IMG/VR virus record: IMGVR_UViG_2545824712_000011
From: a virus
Lineage: Duplodnaviria; Heunggongvirae; Uroviricota; Caudoviricetes
Length of the DNA: 39,625 nucleotides
Strand: one strand, 5' to 3'
The position numbers and the translations under genes are program-made. Within the stretch, counting starts at the first letter, position 1. Every line of letters starts with the position of its first letter. The notes below the pieces were generated by a model. The model saw only the letters and a program-made list of their open reading frames with translations, was not told where the DNA came from and made no database searches. Positions 29,421-37,630 of this stretch are shown here, in pieces.

Positions 29421-29778
29421 ACTGAGTTTAACCAAACAGGAGGTGCCGTAATGGTGCACTAACGCGGTTAGACCGCAGCCGAAAGGCAATGCAGCAGTAA
29501 TGATGCTGCCCCGAGTCGCGTAATGGCGAGCAGGTTTAGCAGACCGATGTGAGGGTAAATAAGGGAACATGCTCCGGAAAGGCAGCGCGAATGCCAGACG
29601 CGCACCGGTTATCAGCGGCTAATAAGCGACAGAGACTCAAGGGCATGAGCGCGCTCACTGCGAGAGTGTGAGTCAAAGAGTAGTTGGCTTTGGGGTGACG
29701 TGAAGTGCAGCTGCACGACGGCAACCGGAAGATAAGCACCCGGCGCGTCACCGCCAAAGTCAATCATCGGAGGTCAAC

Positions 29779-30078
29779 ATGACAGTAGTCATTACATATC
29801 TGGCTGACGATAACGCCAGAAATCGCCGCAGAGCACGCAGACAGGCTCAACGTGAACAGGCAATGCAAGAGCAGCGACTGGCGCGAAAAATTGCGCTAAA
29901 GCTCTCTGGTTGCGTCAGAGCAGATAAAGCAGCATCACTCGGAAGCCTTCGCTGCAAGAAGGCAGAAGAAATCGAGCGTAAACAGAATCGTATTTACTAC
30001 CGCAAGCCACGCAGTGAAATGGGTGTGACTTGTGTTGGTCGCCAGAAAATGAAATTAGGCAGCAAACCACTTATTTGA
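29779..30078 (+). CDS. Antiterminator N-like protein (arginine-rich motif)
   Basis: N-terminal ARM DNARNRRRARRQAQREQ; located downstream of PL/nutL. Confidence 0.75.
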   Translation: MTVVITYLADDNARNRRRARRQAQREQAMQEQRLARKIALKLSGCVRADKAASLGSLRCKKAEEIERKQNRIYYRKPRSEMGVTCVGRQKMKLGSKPLI

Positions 30079-30086
30079 GGTGAGAT

Positions 30087-30557
30087 ATGACAAAATCATG
30101 GAGCGTACCTTTTCCTGAATCAGAAACTGAACATGATGGAATGCCTGTTTTCTGGAGATTCCAAGCGACAGTTGAAGAAGATGGAATCAAAATATTCGCA
30201 CTTCAATATATAGCTTTTCATCAGACAGAGCATTATGCATGGTTGGTTCCTGCGCATTGGATTGTTAATTTTAAACCAGCACCAAATCAGTGGTTACAGG
30301 AATGGAAACAAAGGAGAAATAGATATGCAATTAAGAAAGTAGCAAAAAATGCAGAAAGATCTTTTGCATTCCCAACGAAGAAACTTGCCATTGAGAGTTT
30401 ATTGCGCCGGAAGAAATACCATTTAATGAGAATCAAACAAGATTTGGCTGTTGTATCAACTCTTGTTGATGGGATGAAGAATATTGATACATCAACACCA
30501 GATATTGAATATAACTTTGGGCACAACCAAGAAACAGAAAATTGGGTATTTTATTAG
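30087..30557 (+). CDS. Hypothetical protein, AT-rich moron downstream of N
   Basis: 156-aa ORF, start 9 nt after N stop with GAGG upstream; low G+C; no recognisable motif. Confidence 0.55.
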   Translation: MTKSWSVPFPESETEHDGMPVFWRFQATVEEDGIKIFALQYIAFHQTEHYAWLVPAHWIVNFKPAPNQWLQEWKQRRNRYAIKKVAKNAERSFAFPTKKLAIESLLRRKKYHLMRIKQDLAVVSTLVDGMKNIDTSTPDIEYNFGHNQETENWVFY

Positions 30558-30617
30558 TACGAGTAAGCACTGTGTATTCATTCCAACGAGTGAATACACG
30601 GAGCAATGTCGCTCGTA
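30558..30617 (+). promoter_or_regulatory. Nested inverted repeats (outer TACGAG/CTCGTA, inner 9-bp GTGTATTCA/TGAATACAC)
   Basis: Read directly, immediately after the moron stop. Confidence 0.6.
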
Positions 30618-30661
30618 ACTAAACAGGAGCCGACTTGTTCTGATTATTGGAAATCTTCTTT

Positions 30662-30688
30662 GCCCTCCAGTGTGAGGGCCTTTTTATA
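30662..30688 (+). terminator. tL1-like intrinsic terminator
   Basis: GCCCTC-CAGTGT-GAGGGC followed by CTTTTTAT; a second weaker hairpin plus T-tract at about 30701-30728. Confidence 0.7.
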
Positions 30689-30751
30689 TGCATACCAATA
30701 ACGCTTCACTCGAGGCGTTTTCGTTATGCAATCAAACAGAAGGAGCATCCT

Positions 30752-30922
30752 ATGCAACAGTTCGCTATTGCAGGGGCGGCATCGGTTCGCCCTTTCAACC
30801 CGATTTTATCGGTACAGCATTCACGAAAAAATATTTTAACCGGAGCAGACTTTAAACAACCAAGAATGAAAAGTTTGCTCGAAAAGCTTTGGGATATTTT
30901 GAAACAACAAGGCCGTCCATGA
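30752..30922 (+). CDS. CIII-like protein (candidate FtsH inhibitor)
   Basis: MQQFAIAG... and SLLEKLWDILKQQGRP resemble lambda CIII (MQYAIAG..., LLERITRKL...LIDILNQPGVP); AGGAG upstream. Confidence 0.5.
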   Translation: MQQFAIAGAASVRPFNPILSVQHSRKNILTGADFKQPRMKSLLEKLWDILKQQGRP

Positions 30923-31077
30923 GTTTTACAGATAACTGGTCAGACGAAGAATTCATTCGTCAGATGAAAGATTTAATCGGTAACGAAGGAGATATTCATG
31001 TCACTTGCAACCACAGTGAAGGAGAGCAAGTTACAGAGACGCATGTACACGCAGAAAGCTCTCTGGTATCGCCATAA
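30919..31077 (+). CDS. Small hypothetical protein
   Basis: 52-aa ORF, ATG overlapping cIII-like stop (ATGA). Confidence 0.4.
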   Translation: MSFTDNWSDEEFIRQMKDLIGNEGDIHVTCNHSEGEQVTETHVHAESSLVSP

Positions 31078-31176
31078 TGGTGACCGCGAAGGAATGCGGG
31101 TATGCCTTAATTTGTCCCGAGTCGAAGTATTAAATCAGCGTTATTTCCTTGGGCCATGTCCATTCTGAGGTGAATT

Positions 31177-31884
31177 ATGGATTTGAATAAATTCGATGAG
31201 CCATTCAGCCCTGAAGATATCGAATGGCGAATACAGCAAAGCGGTAAAACACGCGATGGCAAGGTGTGGGCTATGGTGCTGGCTTATGTAACGAACCGGG
31301 CAATCATGAAACGCCTGGACGATGTTTGCGGCAAAGCAGGATGGCGCAATGAATACCGCGATATTCCCAACAACGGCGGCGTTGAATGCGGCATATCAAT
31401 AAAGATTGATTCCGAATGGGTAACCAAATGGGATGCTGCTGAAAACACGCAGGTAGAAGCCGTCAAAGGTGGTCGTTCCGGTGCAATGAAGCGCGCTGCC
31501 GTTCAGTGGGGAATCGGTCGGTATCTGTATAACCTTGAGGAAGGTTTCGCACAAACATCTCTCGATAAAAAGCAGGGGTGGCACAGGGCAAAACTGAAGG
31601 ATGGAACAGGATTTTACTGGCTCCCTCCATCGCTGCCGGGATGGGCAATCCCAGCATCATATAACAAACCATCACCAGAAAATACCAACCAGAAATCTCC
31701 ATCGGTTGACTGCGAACAAATCCTGAAAGACTTCAGCGATTATGCATCAACAGAAACTGACAAGAAAAAACTCATCGAGCGTTATCAGCGTGACTGGCAA
31801 TTAATGGCTGGCAACGAGGAGGCGCAGGCTAAATGCGTTCAGGTAATGAACATCAGAGTTAACGAACTAAAACAGGCGGCATAA
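31177..31884 (+). CDS. Single-strand annealing protein: Rad52-like N-terminal domain fused to Erf-type C-terminal domain
   Basis: WGIGRYLY Rad52-type motif; C-terminus ...ETDKKKLIERYQRDWQLMAGNEEAQAKCVQVMNIRVNELKQAA matches P22 Erf C-terminus as recalled. Confidence 0.75.
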   Translation: MDLNKFDEPFSPEDIEWRIQQSGKTRDGKVWAMVLAYVTNRAIMKRLDDVCGKAGWRNEYRDIPNNGGVECGISIKIDSEWVTKWDAAENTQVEAVKGGRSGAMKRAAVQWGIGRYLYNLEEGFAQTSLDKKQGWHRAKLKDGTGFYWLPPSLPGWAIPASYNKPSPENTNQKSPSVDCEQILKDFSDYASTETDKKKLIERYQRDWQLMAGNEEAQAKCVQVMNIRVNELKQAA

Positions 31885-32391
31885 ATGGCAAGCAGAGGCG
31901 TAAATAAGGTGATTATCCTTGGTCGGGTAGGACAAGACCCGGAAGTTCGATACTCACCATCAGGTACAGCGTTCGCTAACCTGACAATAGCCACGTCAGA
32001 ACAATGGCGAGATAAAAATACTGGCGAGCAAAAGGAATTGACTGAATGGCATCGTGTTGCTGTATCCGGGAAACTGGCTGAGGTCGTGGGGCAGTATGTG
32101 AAAAAAGGTGATCAGATTTATTTCGAGGGAATGCTGAGAACCAGAAAGTGGAAAGACCAGTCAGGGCAAGACCGTTACACAACCGAGGTTCATGTCGGAA
32201 TTAATGGCGTGATGCAAATGCTTGGCGGCATTGGCGACAGCAAACAACAAGCAGCCAGCAGGCAATCACAGAAGCCACAGCAGCAATCATCACCAGCACA
32301 ACACAACGAACCTCCGATGGATTTTGACGACGATATACCCTTTGCACCAGTAACTCTCCCCTTCCCTCGTCACGCTATTCACGCAATTTAA
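31885..32391 (+). CDS. ssb: Single-stranded DNA-binding protein with 15-residue extension past the DDDIPF tip
   Basis: [23 protein letters not shown]...[13 protein letters not shown]... OB fold as E. coli SSB; [11 protein letters not shown] followed by [15 protein letters not shown]. Confidence 0.85.
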   Translation: MASRGVNKVIILGRVGQDPEVRYSPSGTAFANLTIATSEQWRDKNTGEQKELTEWHRVAVSGKLAEVVGQYVKKGDQIYFEGMLRTRKWKDQSGQDRYTTEVHVGINGVMQMLGGIGDSKQQAASRQSQKPQQQSSPAQHNEPPMDFDDDIPFAPVTLPFPRHAIHAI

Positions 32392-32404
32392 TCAGGAGAA
32401 AATC

Positions 32405-32701
32405 ATGCCAGCGCCTCTGTATGGTGCGGATGACCCGCGCAACTGCTCCGGTAGCTCCAAGGCGGAGGTGCTGGAAAATATCAAAAACATTTTCGACACG
32501 TTTATTGATCTGCCACCAGAAACAAAAGCAGAACGGATGTACCGACGCGATATACAACTCGCGTTAAAAGATGAGAAGGACCGAACAAACGAAACAGCAA
32601 TGCGACCTTTGCGAAAAGCGACAATAGACAAATTCCCTGAATATATCGACCCGCGTCTGCGTAATTACCGCTCACGCTATGGCGCTATCAGTAATGACTA
32701 A
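32405..32701 (+). CDS. Hypothetical protein (ea region)
   Basis: 98-aa ORF following ssb. Confidence 0.45.
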   Translation: MPAPLYGADDPRNCSGSSKAEVLENIKNIFDTFIDLPPETKAERMYRRDIQLALKDEKDRTNETAMRPLRKATIDKFPEYIDPRLRNYRSRYGAISND

Positions 32702-32876
32702 GGAATTTACCACGAGAGGACTTGCATACAATCCCGGCATTCTTCCGGCAGAAATGATTATTCGCCAACGCGTAAAGCCAATGCCATCGAGAGAGGAATT
32801 GCTTAAGAGAAATTCTTTTCCATCAGTGAATCAAAACAAATATCTGAATGCGATGTGGCGGAGTGGGAAGAAATGA
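32694..32876 (+). CDS. Hypothetical protein (ea region)
   Basis: ATG overlapping upstream stop; 60 aa. Confidence 0.35.
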   Translation: MTKEFTTRGLAYNPGILPAEMIIRQRVKPMPSREELLKRNSFPSVNQNKYLNAMWRSGKK

Positions 32877-33322
32877 AACAAATGTCACTAATTGAGATGG
32901 ATGGTTTTCTGAAAGGTAAATGCATCCCCCGAGATTTAAAGGTTAACGAAACAAACGCTGAATATCTGGTGCGTAAGTTCGGTGAACTTGAATCAAAACT
33001 AGAAACGGCGTTGCGGGAGTGTCGTTCTGCTGGAATCACGATTGATAACCTTGAGGCTAAATGCGCGAAGATGGCTGCTGAAAATACCTCGCTTAAGCAA
33101 TCTGAGAAGGAATTTAATGACTTTTGTCGTGAGGAGTTTAGCGAATGGGAAGATGATGTTACTGAAACCCCAGCCACCGATGCTTTCCTGGCTGAAGTGC
33201 GGGCGCAGGGTGTTGAATTGTTGCGCGAGCATCCTGCTATCCAGATTTGCTCTTTAACGCACGTATGCGACGAGTTCGCCGCCCAGCTTCGTCAGGGGGG
33301 GAAGCGGTATGAGCATAGTTGA
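32855..33322 (+). CDS. Hypothetical protein (ea region)
   Basis: 155-aa ORF; start uncertain (Met at 1, 7, 10). Confidence 0.45.
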   Translation: MAEWEEMKQMSLIEMDGFLKGKCIPRDLKVNETNAEYLVRKFGELESKLETALRECRSAGITIDNLEAKCAKMAAENTSLKQSEKEFNDFCREEFSEWEDDVTETPATDAFLAEVRAQGVELLREHPAIQICSLTHVCDEFAAQLRQGGKRYEHS

Positions 33323-33911
33323 TGATTCACATCTTACAGACGAAGTGGTTAACGCCGCTTTCGAAGGTACCAATTTCGGGCGCACTGATTTCCGCACCAT
33401 TCTGGCAGAAACAGTTATGAAGCGTGCTGCTGGCTATCACTCTGGCTACACGGCAACGACTATCTGTATTCGCCTGGGATTGCTTGGCAAACACGATCGC
33501 CCGACAAAACTCGGCCTGACCTTCGCTTTCCATCACTACTACAGGCCATGCGTTCGCGAAGCGCTGATTTCGCATAACAGCCTTGAAGTATGGGGCAAAA
33601 CTTGGAGCACAGGAGTCCGCCAAATGAGCAACATCAACAAACAGGCGCTGATTGCAAAAATCAAAAAGCAGGCCGAAAGCTTCGACACAGTGGTGTTGAG
33701 AGAGGATGAAGCTAACGCGCTGCTGGATGAGCTGGAAGCAGCAGAGAAGCGGATTGCTGAACTGGAAGCGCGGGAAATACTGCTCCCGGAACGTAGCAGC
33801 ATGCTTCATCGAACAGATTTTCACGAGGATTACCAAACGGTAATGGCATACAAAGTTTCTGAAGTCATCGATGCAATCCGCGCTACTGGCATTCGCATCA
33901 AAGGAGAGTGA
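33309..33911 (+). CDS. Hypothetical protein (ea region)
   Basis: 200-aa ORF overlapping neighbours. Confidence 0.5.
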   Translation: MSIVDDSHLTDEVVNAAFEGTNFGRTDFRTILAETVMKRAAGYHSGYTATTICIRLGLLGKHDRPTKLGLTFAFHHYYRPCVREALISHNSLEVWGKTWSTGVRQMSNINKQALIAKIKKQAESFDTVVLREDEANALLDELEAAEKRIAELEAREILLPERSSMLHRTDFHEDYQTVMAYKVSEVIDAIRATGIRIKGE

Positions 33912-33912
33912 G

Positions 33913-34488
33913 ATGAGCACTATCACTAAAGAACGTATCGAATTGTTCATTAAATCCCCGCTTGAAAACGGGCTTACCCGTGGCGAACAAATGGAACTGG
34001 CACGAATTGCGCTGGCATCACTGGAAGCAGAGCCTATTGGCGCATTCCACATTGCAGAACAGCAAGTTGACGGCACAAGTGACTACATCAAGGATGGGGA
34101 ATGGCCTATTGATAATGGGATTATTGAGGTCTACGCCGCCCCACCCATTCCAGTAGTACCTGAAGAAAAACCAATGCCTAACCCTCTTAAAATGTACGCG
34201 GTCGATGCTGTTGCCGCTATTGCAGAGGTGAGAGGCTGGAATGCCTGTCGTGCCGCTATGCTTCAGGGTAAATCCGAACAACCACAAAACGCACAACAAA
34301 ATATTCCGGAAAATATTCCCGGTGGCAACTCTCCGGTAACTCCGGATGGTTGGGTTATGGTGCCGAAGGAGCCAACTCAGGCCATGATTAAAGCGTGGCT
34401 ATCAGAGATTGCTAACTTTCGCGGTCATGCTGCTGGTTACAGGGCTGCTATAGAAGCAGCACCACAACTGGAGGTTAACCGTGGCTAA
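33913..34488 (+). CDS. Hypothetical protein (ea region)
   Basis: Start MSTITKERIELF... with GGAG upstream. Confidence 0.5.
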   Translation: MSTITKERIELFIKSPLENGLTRGEQMELARIALASLEAEPIGAFHIAEQQVDGTSDYIKDGEWPIDNGIIEVYAAPPIPVVPEEKPMPNPLKMYAVDAVAAIAEVRGWNACRAAMLQGKSEQPQNAQQNIPENIPGGNSPVTPDGWVMVPKEPTQAMIKAWLSEIANFRGHAAGYRAAIEAAPQLEVNRG

Positions 34489-34765
34489 CCTGCAACTTGC
34501 CGTCAAAGGTGAATACTTCGATGCCATGATTCGAGGAGAGAAAACGGAAGAGTATCGACTGTGTAATGACTACTGGGATAAGCGAATTATGTTCCGGGAA
34601 TATGACCGCCTGATTATCACAAAGGGATATCCGAAGCGTGACGATTCCAGCCGCAGAATTGACGTTCCGTATAGCGGCTATGAAATCAAGACAATCACAC
34701 ATCCGCACTTCGGCGATAAACCGGTAAAGGTGTTCGCGATAAAGGTGAATATCAGCAATGAATAA
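34481..34765 (+). CDS. Small hypothetical protein, possible ASCH/PUA-like fold
   Basis: GTG start with GGAGG upstream; KGEYFDAMIRGEKTEEYR resembles ASCH-type motif (weak). Confidence 0.4.
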   Translation: MANLQLAVKGEYFDAMIRGEKTEEYRLCNDYWDKRIMFREYDRLIITKGYPKRDDSSRRIDVPYSGYEIKTITHPHFGDKPVKVFAIKVNISNE

Positions 34766-34769
34766 CAAT

Positions 34770-34797
34770 CCTCGCGCTCGCGGGGATTTCTTTTATA
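34770..34797 (+). terminator. Hairpin plus T-tract
   Basis: CCTCGCG...CGCGGGG then ATTTCTTTTAT. Confidence 0.45.
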
Positions 34798-34807
34798 TGG
34801 GGATAAT

Positions 34808-35608
34808 ATGACCATCCACTTTCACGGCAGCCCAATATGGGGTGATGAGCATGCCCATACAGATATGCTGATTAAAGCCCTTTACCGTGATGGTGGGGCT
34901 TTTGTTTCATTTGCCAGACCAGAGCAGATGAAAAAGATTGCCATGTTCCCTTGTGATATACGCCTTGATAACGGTGCTTTTAGCGACTGGATGAAAGCAT
35001 TAAAGAAAGGCACTCCGGTAGACTGGAGTAAGAGACGAGCAAAATTCTACGACTTTGTTGGGAAGTGGTTCAGCAGAATTGAATGGTTTCTTATACCTGA
35101 CGTTATCGAAGGGACAGAGGCAGAAAACGACGAGCAGATTGAGTTGGTTCCTGATTGGCTAAAATCAAAAGCGGTTCCGGTCTGGCATACCGACGAATCA
35201 ATTGAACGTCTTTTACGCCTTTCTGGCAAATTTGAATGGGTGGCGATTGGATGCTGCGGCCCACACAGGCACATACGCTCTAAATGGTGGGAACAGAGAA
35301 TGGATGAAGTTTTCACTGAGCTTTATATCAATCGTAATTTGAAAGTGAAAATTCATGGTCTTCGAATGCTCGACGTGAGAGTTCTTGGTATGTATCCGTT
35401 CGCCAGTGCGGATTCTACTAATGTTGCTGTTAACGTACCGAAGACAGAGAAGCGATTTCCTGAGATTACCGACAAACTGGCACGCACAGCTGTACTTCGC
35501 GCTGCTATTGAAAAGGTGCACCCGCCATCGATATCAGCATGGGTAGACAGAAAGATGAGAGAGCCGGCGCAAGCCGGTTTTTTATTTGAATTCACCGACG
35601 CCGCTTAA
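34808..35608 (+). CDS. Hypothetical 266-aa protein flanked by 16-bp direct repeats
   Basis: Long ORF with GGGGA upstream; function not recognisable. Confidence 0.55.
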   Translation: MTIHFHGSPIWGDEHAHTDMLIKALYRDGGAFVSFARPEQMKKIAMFPCDIRLDNGAFSDWMKALKKGTPVDWSKRRAKFYDFVGKWFSRIEWFLIPDVIEGTEAENDEQIELVPDWLKSKAVPVWHTDESIERLLRLSGKFEWVAIGCCGPHRHIRSKWWEQRMDEVFTELYINRNLKVKIHGLRMLDVRVLGMYPFASADSTNVAVNVPKTEKRFPEITDKLARTAVLRAAIEKVHPPSISAWVDRKMREPAQAGFLFEFTDAA

Positions 35609-35626
35609 TGCGGATTTCTTTTATAT
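35598..35626 (+). terminator. Hairpin plus T-tract
   Basis: GCCGC-TTAAT-GCGG then ATTTCTTTTAT. Confidence 0.45.
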
Positions 35627-35666
35627 GAACTCGCTACGGCGGTTTTTGTTTTATGGAGATGATAAA

Positions 35667-35837
35667 TGCACTTCCGAGTCACAGGTGAATGGAATGGAGA
35701 GCCATTCGACAGGGTTATCGAAGCAGAGGACATCAACGACTGCTATAACCACTGGATGATATGGGCGCAGATAGCGCATGCAGACGTAACCAATATTCGA
35801 ATTGAAGAACTGAAAGAACACCAAGACGCCTGATGGC
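35667..35837 (+). CDS. Small hypothetical protein (not in ORF track)
   Basis: Hand translation MHFRVTGEWNGEPFDRVIEAEDINDCYNHWMIWAQIAHADVTNIRIEELKEHQDA; GGAGATG upstream. Confidence 0.45.
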
Positions 35838-35850
35838 GGTTTTTTATTGC
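35829..35850 (+). terminator. Hairpin plus T-tract
   Basis: CGCC-TGAT-GGCG then GTTTTTTATT. Confidence 0.4.
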
Positions 35851-35855
35851 CTGAT

Positions 35856-35871
35856 TTGCAGGTTCGATTCC
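35856..35871 (+). other. tRNA T-arm-like fragment TTGCAGGTTCGATTCC
   Basis: Canonical T-stem/T-loop sequence with no upstream tRNA body; 19 bp before xis ATG. Confidence 0.6.
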
Positions 35872-35890
35872 CTATTCGGAGATAGCACTC

Positions 35891-36091
35891 ATGCAACACG
35901 AACTACAGCCTGATTCCCTGGTTGATTTGAAATTCATCATGGCTGATACTGGCTTTGGTAAAACCTTCATCTACGACCGGATTAAGTCCGGCGACCTGCC
36001 AAAAGCCAAAGTTATCCACGGTCGAGCAAGATGGTTATATCGTGACCATTGTGAATTCAAAAATAAGCTCTTAAGCCGCGCCAATGGGTAA
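35891..36091 (+). CDS. xis: Excisionase / AlpA-family DNA-binding protein
   Basis: HTH-like FIMADTGFGKTFIYDRIKSGDLPKAKVIHGRARWLYRD; last gene of early-left operon. Confidence 0.7.
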   Translation: MQHELQPDSLVDLKFIMADTGFGKTFIYDRIKSGDLPKAKVIHGRARWLYRDHCEFKNKLLSRANG

Positions 36092-36164
36092 AATAGCGGG
36101 TAAAATATTTCTCACATCTAAAAAATACCATTCCAATCAACCCCCTGCCGCTTCAAGTAGATGT

Positions 36165-36179
36165 CTGCAGGGGACACCA
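36165..36179 (+). other. tRNA 3' end fragment CTGCAGGGGACACCA (att core candidate)
   Basis: Abuts exactly the T-arm fragment at 35856-35871 to form ...GCAGG-TTCGATT-CCTGC-AGGGGAC-A-CCA; 165 bp upstream of int. Confidence 0.65.
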
Positions 36180-36303
36180 TCCCGCCGTACACTACCGTCT
36201 ACCATTGTCTATAAACCCCATGTAACCATATAAAAATAAAGAGATTTTATTCTCATGACGTCCATTGCCGTCTATTGAAATCAAGTAAATCTATGGGGCA
36301 TAA

Positions 36304-36343
36304 TTGGGGGCATTGCTGGTTCGATTGTAAATGTGCCCCCAAT
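36304..36343 (+). promoter_or_regulatory. Stem-loop (9-bp stem TTGGGGGCA/TGCCCCCAA) ending 1 nt before int ATG
   Basis: Read directly; 21-nt loop contains GGTTCGATT. Confidence 0.6.
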
Positions 36344-37630
36344 ATGTCCAGAAATACCCTCAACAAATTAACAGACCGTCAGTGCAAAGCAGCTAAGCCA
36401 CGAGACAAAACTTATAAATTGTCTGATGGTGGTGGTCTTTATCTTGAAGTATCCCAGACCGGGTCGAAGTATTGGCGAATGAAGTATCGCCGCCCATCAG
36501 ATAAGAAAGAAGACAGACTTGCTTTTGGTGTATATCCAACCATTAGCTTACAAGACGCCAGAGAAAAACGAGACAACGCCAAAAAGTTGTTAGTCAAGGG
36601 GATAGATCCCAAAGCAGAGCAAAGAGCAGCAAAAGCAGAAGAAAAAGGTGCATTCACTTTTGAGACAATAGGACGTCAATGGGTTGAAAGCCACCAGATG
36701 TGGAACGAAGCCCACCGAAAACGCGTACTTAGAAGCCTTGAAATGTATATTTTCCCTCACATTGGCACTTCGGATATTCGCAAACTGGAGGCGATGACAA
36801 TTTTACCTTTGTTTAAGAAGGTAGATGACGCCGGGAAACACGATACAGCCAACCGACTTAAACAACGAGTTAAGGACATCATACATAGCGCCCGTCTGAG
36901 CGGCATTAAGACAGAAATCATCACGAATGATCTCGATGTCCGGTTAATGCAATATGAAACTAAGCATCATGCCGCACTACATCCCAGAGATTTACCAGAC
37001 TTTTTCACTCGATTGGGCAGCTTTAAAGGTAATCCTCTTACCCGCCTTGCCATTGAGCTAACCATGTTGACCTTTGTTCGTTCAAGCGAGTTAAGGTTTG
37101 CCCGTTGGAAAGAGTTTGACCTTGATCGGGCTGAGTGGATTATCCCTAAAAAAAGAGAGCCTATCGATGGTGTGAGGTTTTCCACCCGTGGCACAAAGAC
37201 GGGAAAAGACGAACATATCGTGCTTCTTAGCCGTCAGGCTGTTTCTATTGTAAAGCAGTTGAGAGAACTAAGCGGAAGCTACGATGTTGTGTTTCCGAAT
37301 GAAAGAAACACCAAAGGCGTGATGAGTGAAAACACGGTAAACAAGGCATTACGCTTAATGGGCTATAACACGCAAGAAGACGTAACTGGACATGGATTCC
37401 GTGCCACAGCCTGTAGTTCCCTGATGGAGTCCGGTTTGTGGCAGGAGGACGCAGTAGAGCGCCAGATGAGCCACAAAGAATATAAAGACGTTAAAAGAGC
37501 CTACAAGCACAAGGCTGATTACTTAGAAGAGCGCAAACTAATGCTTCAATGGTGGGCAGATTATCTGGACGCCAATCGAGAAATACACATAAGCCCTTAC
37601 GAGTTCGGAAGGAGAACACGCCGTGACTAA
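36344..37630 (+). CDS. int: Tyrosine integrase, P4 family
   Basis: N-terminus MSRNTLNKLTDRQCKAAKPRDKTYKLSDGGGLYLEV... and C-terminal HGFRAT...VKRAYKHKADYLEERKLMLQWWADYLD typical of P4-like integrases. Confidence 0.9.
   Translation: MSRNTLNKLTDRQCKAAKPRDKTYKLSDGGGLYLEVSQTGSKYWRMKYRRPSDKKEDRLAFGVYPTISLQDAREKRDNAKKLLVKGIDPKAEQRAAKAEEKGAFTFETIGRQWVESHQMWNEAHRKRVLRSLEMYIFPHIGTSDIRKLEAMTILPLFKKVDDAGKHDTANRLKQRVKDIIHSARLSGIKTEIITNDLDVRLMQYETKHHAALHPRDLPDFFTRLGSFKGNPLTRLAIELTMLTFVRSSELRFARWKEFDLDRAEWIIPKKREPIDGVRFSTRGTKTGKDEHIVLLSRQAVSIVKQLRELSGSYDVVFPNERNTKGVMSENTVNKALRLMGYNTQEDVTGHGFRATACSSLMESGLWQEDAVERQMSHKEYKDVKRAYKHKADYLEERKLMLQWWADYLDANREIHISPYEFGRRTRRD

Larger units (their letters stand above)
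403..36164. mobile_element. P22/Sf6-like lambdoid prophage (left end not visible; right end near tRNA-fragment core)
   Basis: Contiguous phage gene order tailspike-immI-ejection-head-terminase-lysis-Q-nin-replication-immC-N-recombination-xis. Confidence 0.8.

Noticed and set aside
31284-33232. Minus-strand ORFs across the SSAP, ssb and ea genes (for example 31396-31584, 32392-32631, 32803-33177)
   Set aside because: Antisense to a continuous, translationally coupled plus-strand operon; no promoter or ribosome-binding context.
35651-35899. 82-aa minus-strand ORF upstream of xis
   Set aside because: Overlaps the plus-strand small ORF, terminator and xis ribosome-binding region in an otherwise plus-strand operon; no start context.
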